A stretch of 63,212 bases of DNA, counting the filler, from Choristocarpus tenellus KU-1152 (lineage: Eukaryota > Protista > Phaeophyceae): assembly GCA_964200185.2 (NCBI GenBank). It is 11 parts of 11 records of this genome, joined end to end, with 100 filler letters (N's around TTAATTAATTAA, not from the genome) between each part and the next. Parts side by side here need not be neighbours in the genome. Positions count along the whole stretch, not along the records: positions 60,565 to 63,212 come from CAXNAD020025974.1; 10 more parts are not named here. One strand, written 5' to 3'. The stretch's first letter is position 1. Every line of letters starts with the position of its first letter. Made by a program: the position numbers and the translations under genes. Shown piece by piece: positions 61,001 to 63,212 of this stretch. The notes under the pieces are model-generated. The model had not been told where the DNA came from and ran no database searches. It saw only the letters and a program-made list of their open reading frames with translations.

Positions 61001-63212
61001 CATCCACGGATGCTGAACCCACGGATCACACACAAGGATCTCTCTTTCAGGTGGACCGTAGGGACTGACTAAGCGTTTCCACCATGCCCCTTGAGCAATC
61101 TTTTAGCTTGGGCAGTTATGACATTCGTTGGATACGATTCTACTTACACCGTCTTGTTACACAACTTTAGAGGTGGCCGTCGCTTCTTCAGAGTGAGGAA
61201 ACATATAAAAGAGGTGGTGGAAGACCTGATTTCCACAACATGTAGTCCCTCATCTACCCCACTCATCCACTAGAAATGATGTAGCTGTTGCTGTAGCTGA
61301 GGTGAGAAAACGCACTCACTACGAGGGGTCTTTTGGCCCTGGTAGTTTTAACCTCAACATCTTCATGGTGGACAGTTTTGAGTACCTTGGAAAGTAAGCA
61401 GAAATTTTCTTGGATGAGTTAGCCACACATGCAGTAGGGAGGAGAGGAGCGGGAGGATACGTTAGGAAAGGGGCTGTCAAGTACCGTTAACGACAGATGG
61501 TGCCTGTCACTGCACAAATGGCTCCCTCGAGATGTATCATCCGTATCAACCTAGAGACACTAGGCAGATGGGTATAAAAGTAAAAAGAGACAGTCAAATT
61601 CTCGGGATGCTTCCCGGCTCCTCCCCCACCTTTGTAGGGCCAAGCTAGGTTAGAGACATGGCAGCAGTGGACACATTGCATTGTAGTTACCAATCTTTTA
61701 GGGACCATTGTTGTATTGTCAATTTTCAAATAGAAAAAGCTTTTTGGATAAGACACCTTTTGCATTGACGACAAGTGTTATTTTTCAGGTCCTCCTGATA
61801 CAACTTTGGTTTTTCCCAGACACATGTGAAAAAATGTGGGAATATACTATTCACCACAATATCTAAGTTAAAATATATTATTTGGACGCTGTAACCTTTT
61901 GGAGATAGTTGTTTTCAAGGGAGGGAAAAGGCCAAGATCAAGATCACAAAAGTGTTTTATAGAAGCGTGGCTACTTCCAAAAGGCTTCTTCCTTCAAAAA
62001 ATAACTGAACTATTCAACAAGGTCCCTGAAGAGATTGTTCCCTATGAGCCAATGATCAAACTACTATGCCTCCAGCCTAGCCCTACGATGGTGGGCGAGG
62101 AGGTAAGAAGGAATCCCAAGAACCTGTAAGATCCGTCTATACCCATATTACCTGTATATCATTTGTGAACATTTCCAATATTTCAATAGCATCAGCATTC
62201 AAATCAACTAGGGTGCTCAAGAAATTCAATTGCCCTCGTATATCTGTAATCAGAGTTTATACAGTGTATTCATTTTATATGGTCTTGTTTATTACTTCAT
62301 ATTCAACTTTTTCTCTACATTTACGCCCAATTTTTAACAGTTCACAATATGATCAACTTTCAAGGAATCTCATTAATTCTTCTGGTCCAGATCAATCATC
62401 ATCGTTCAACAACAGTGTTGACAGGGAGTTTGGTGGCTACAGGATTGTGTTTGGTTTACCCTTGTATTCTTCCCTTTCTTTGGTAACAACTCATCAAAGA
62501 CGGCAGTCTCCCCTAATCAATCAAGCAAACAAATGAATATTTCTTGTGTTGAATGTTGAGTTTCTTTAGTATCGCTTCCCACTTTCTTCCTGCATCAACC
62601 TGTACGTTCTACAATTGTGAATTACAAAGTATCACCGAGCTCATTACCCAGCGTCAACAAACCATACGAGGATAAAATCCGCATATCAACTTCTTTGGCA
62701 GATGCAACATACCTACAAACAAATAATCTATCCAAAGTTTAACTCCATTTCCCAAACTTTTAACCCTGTATGCACCCAATTAATTACAGTACTTCACAAT
62801 ACAGGTACTGCGTAGAGGTACGTTCCTTAGTCTACTTACTATTTACAACAATATCCGTATTTGATTCAGAACCAAAAGACCGATCCTTCAAATTCAACCT
62901 TCGCTCCCTCCACCCTACTTTATTGAGTGGTTCTGTGTTGTTGTCTGGTATTACTGTGACACCAACTTAGAGATGAGGTACATTTATGTACCCAGTTTTA
63001 TGCGGGCGGACAATCTCTTCGCTCAATACGTTTGTTTTTCATTTTGTTCAGACAACGAAGGAGGAAATGGATAGACTCAAAGTCAGCAAGACGAACAAGT
63101 CCAGAAGCTACATGTACCAAGCAATCGGTTCGAGTATATTTTGTGGAGTGGAGAGAAGCAACTAATTTGTTGCGGAAGGAAAGAAGTTATTTTTGTGGGT
63201 GCAATGGAGTGA

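Overview
Eukaryotic nuclear DNA, intron-rich and repeat-rich. The RPS8 sequence, interstitial TTAGGG repeats and gene architecture suggest a stramenopile, probably a brown alga or relative (inference). The window is not one locus. It is 11 short contigs joined by ten identical artificial 100-nt spacers (44 N + TTAATTAATTAA + 44 N), so adjacency across spacers has no biological meaning. Host genes read by hand from GT-AG exons are: a complete 6-exon RPS8 (207 aa), the last three exons of a SPOUT1/C9orf114-type methyltransferase, two exons of a UBR1/PRT6-type N-recognin E3 ligase, the first exons of a DDT-domain protein, and several unidentified exons. RPS8 intron 4 contains a convincing box C/D snoRNA with a 13-nt guide to LSU rRNA. 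Mobile DNA includes a degenerate Ty1/copia element plus a second LTR/gag copy of the same family. It also includes an intron-containing Sola-like/DUF7869-type transposase pseudogene disrupted by that LTR, and a ~258-bp MITE family with GAG...CTC termini (at least 7 near-complete copies plus ends at many contig breaks). A ~300-bp dispersed/inverted repeat and several mini- and microsatellites are also present. No CRISPR array, tRNA or rRNA gene was seen. All family assignments come from recalled motifs, not from database searches.
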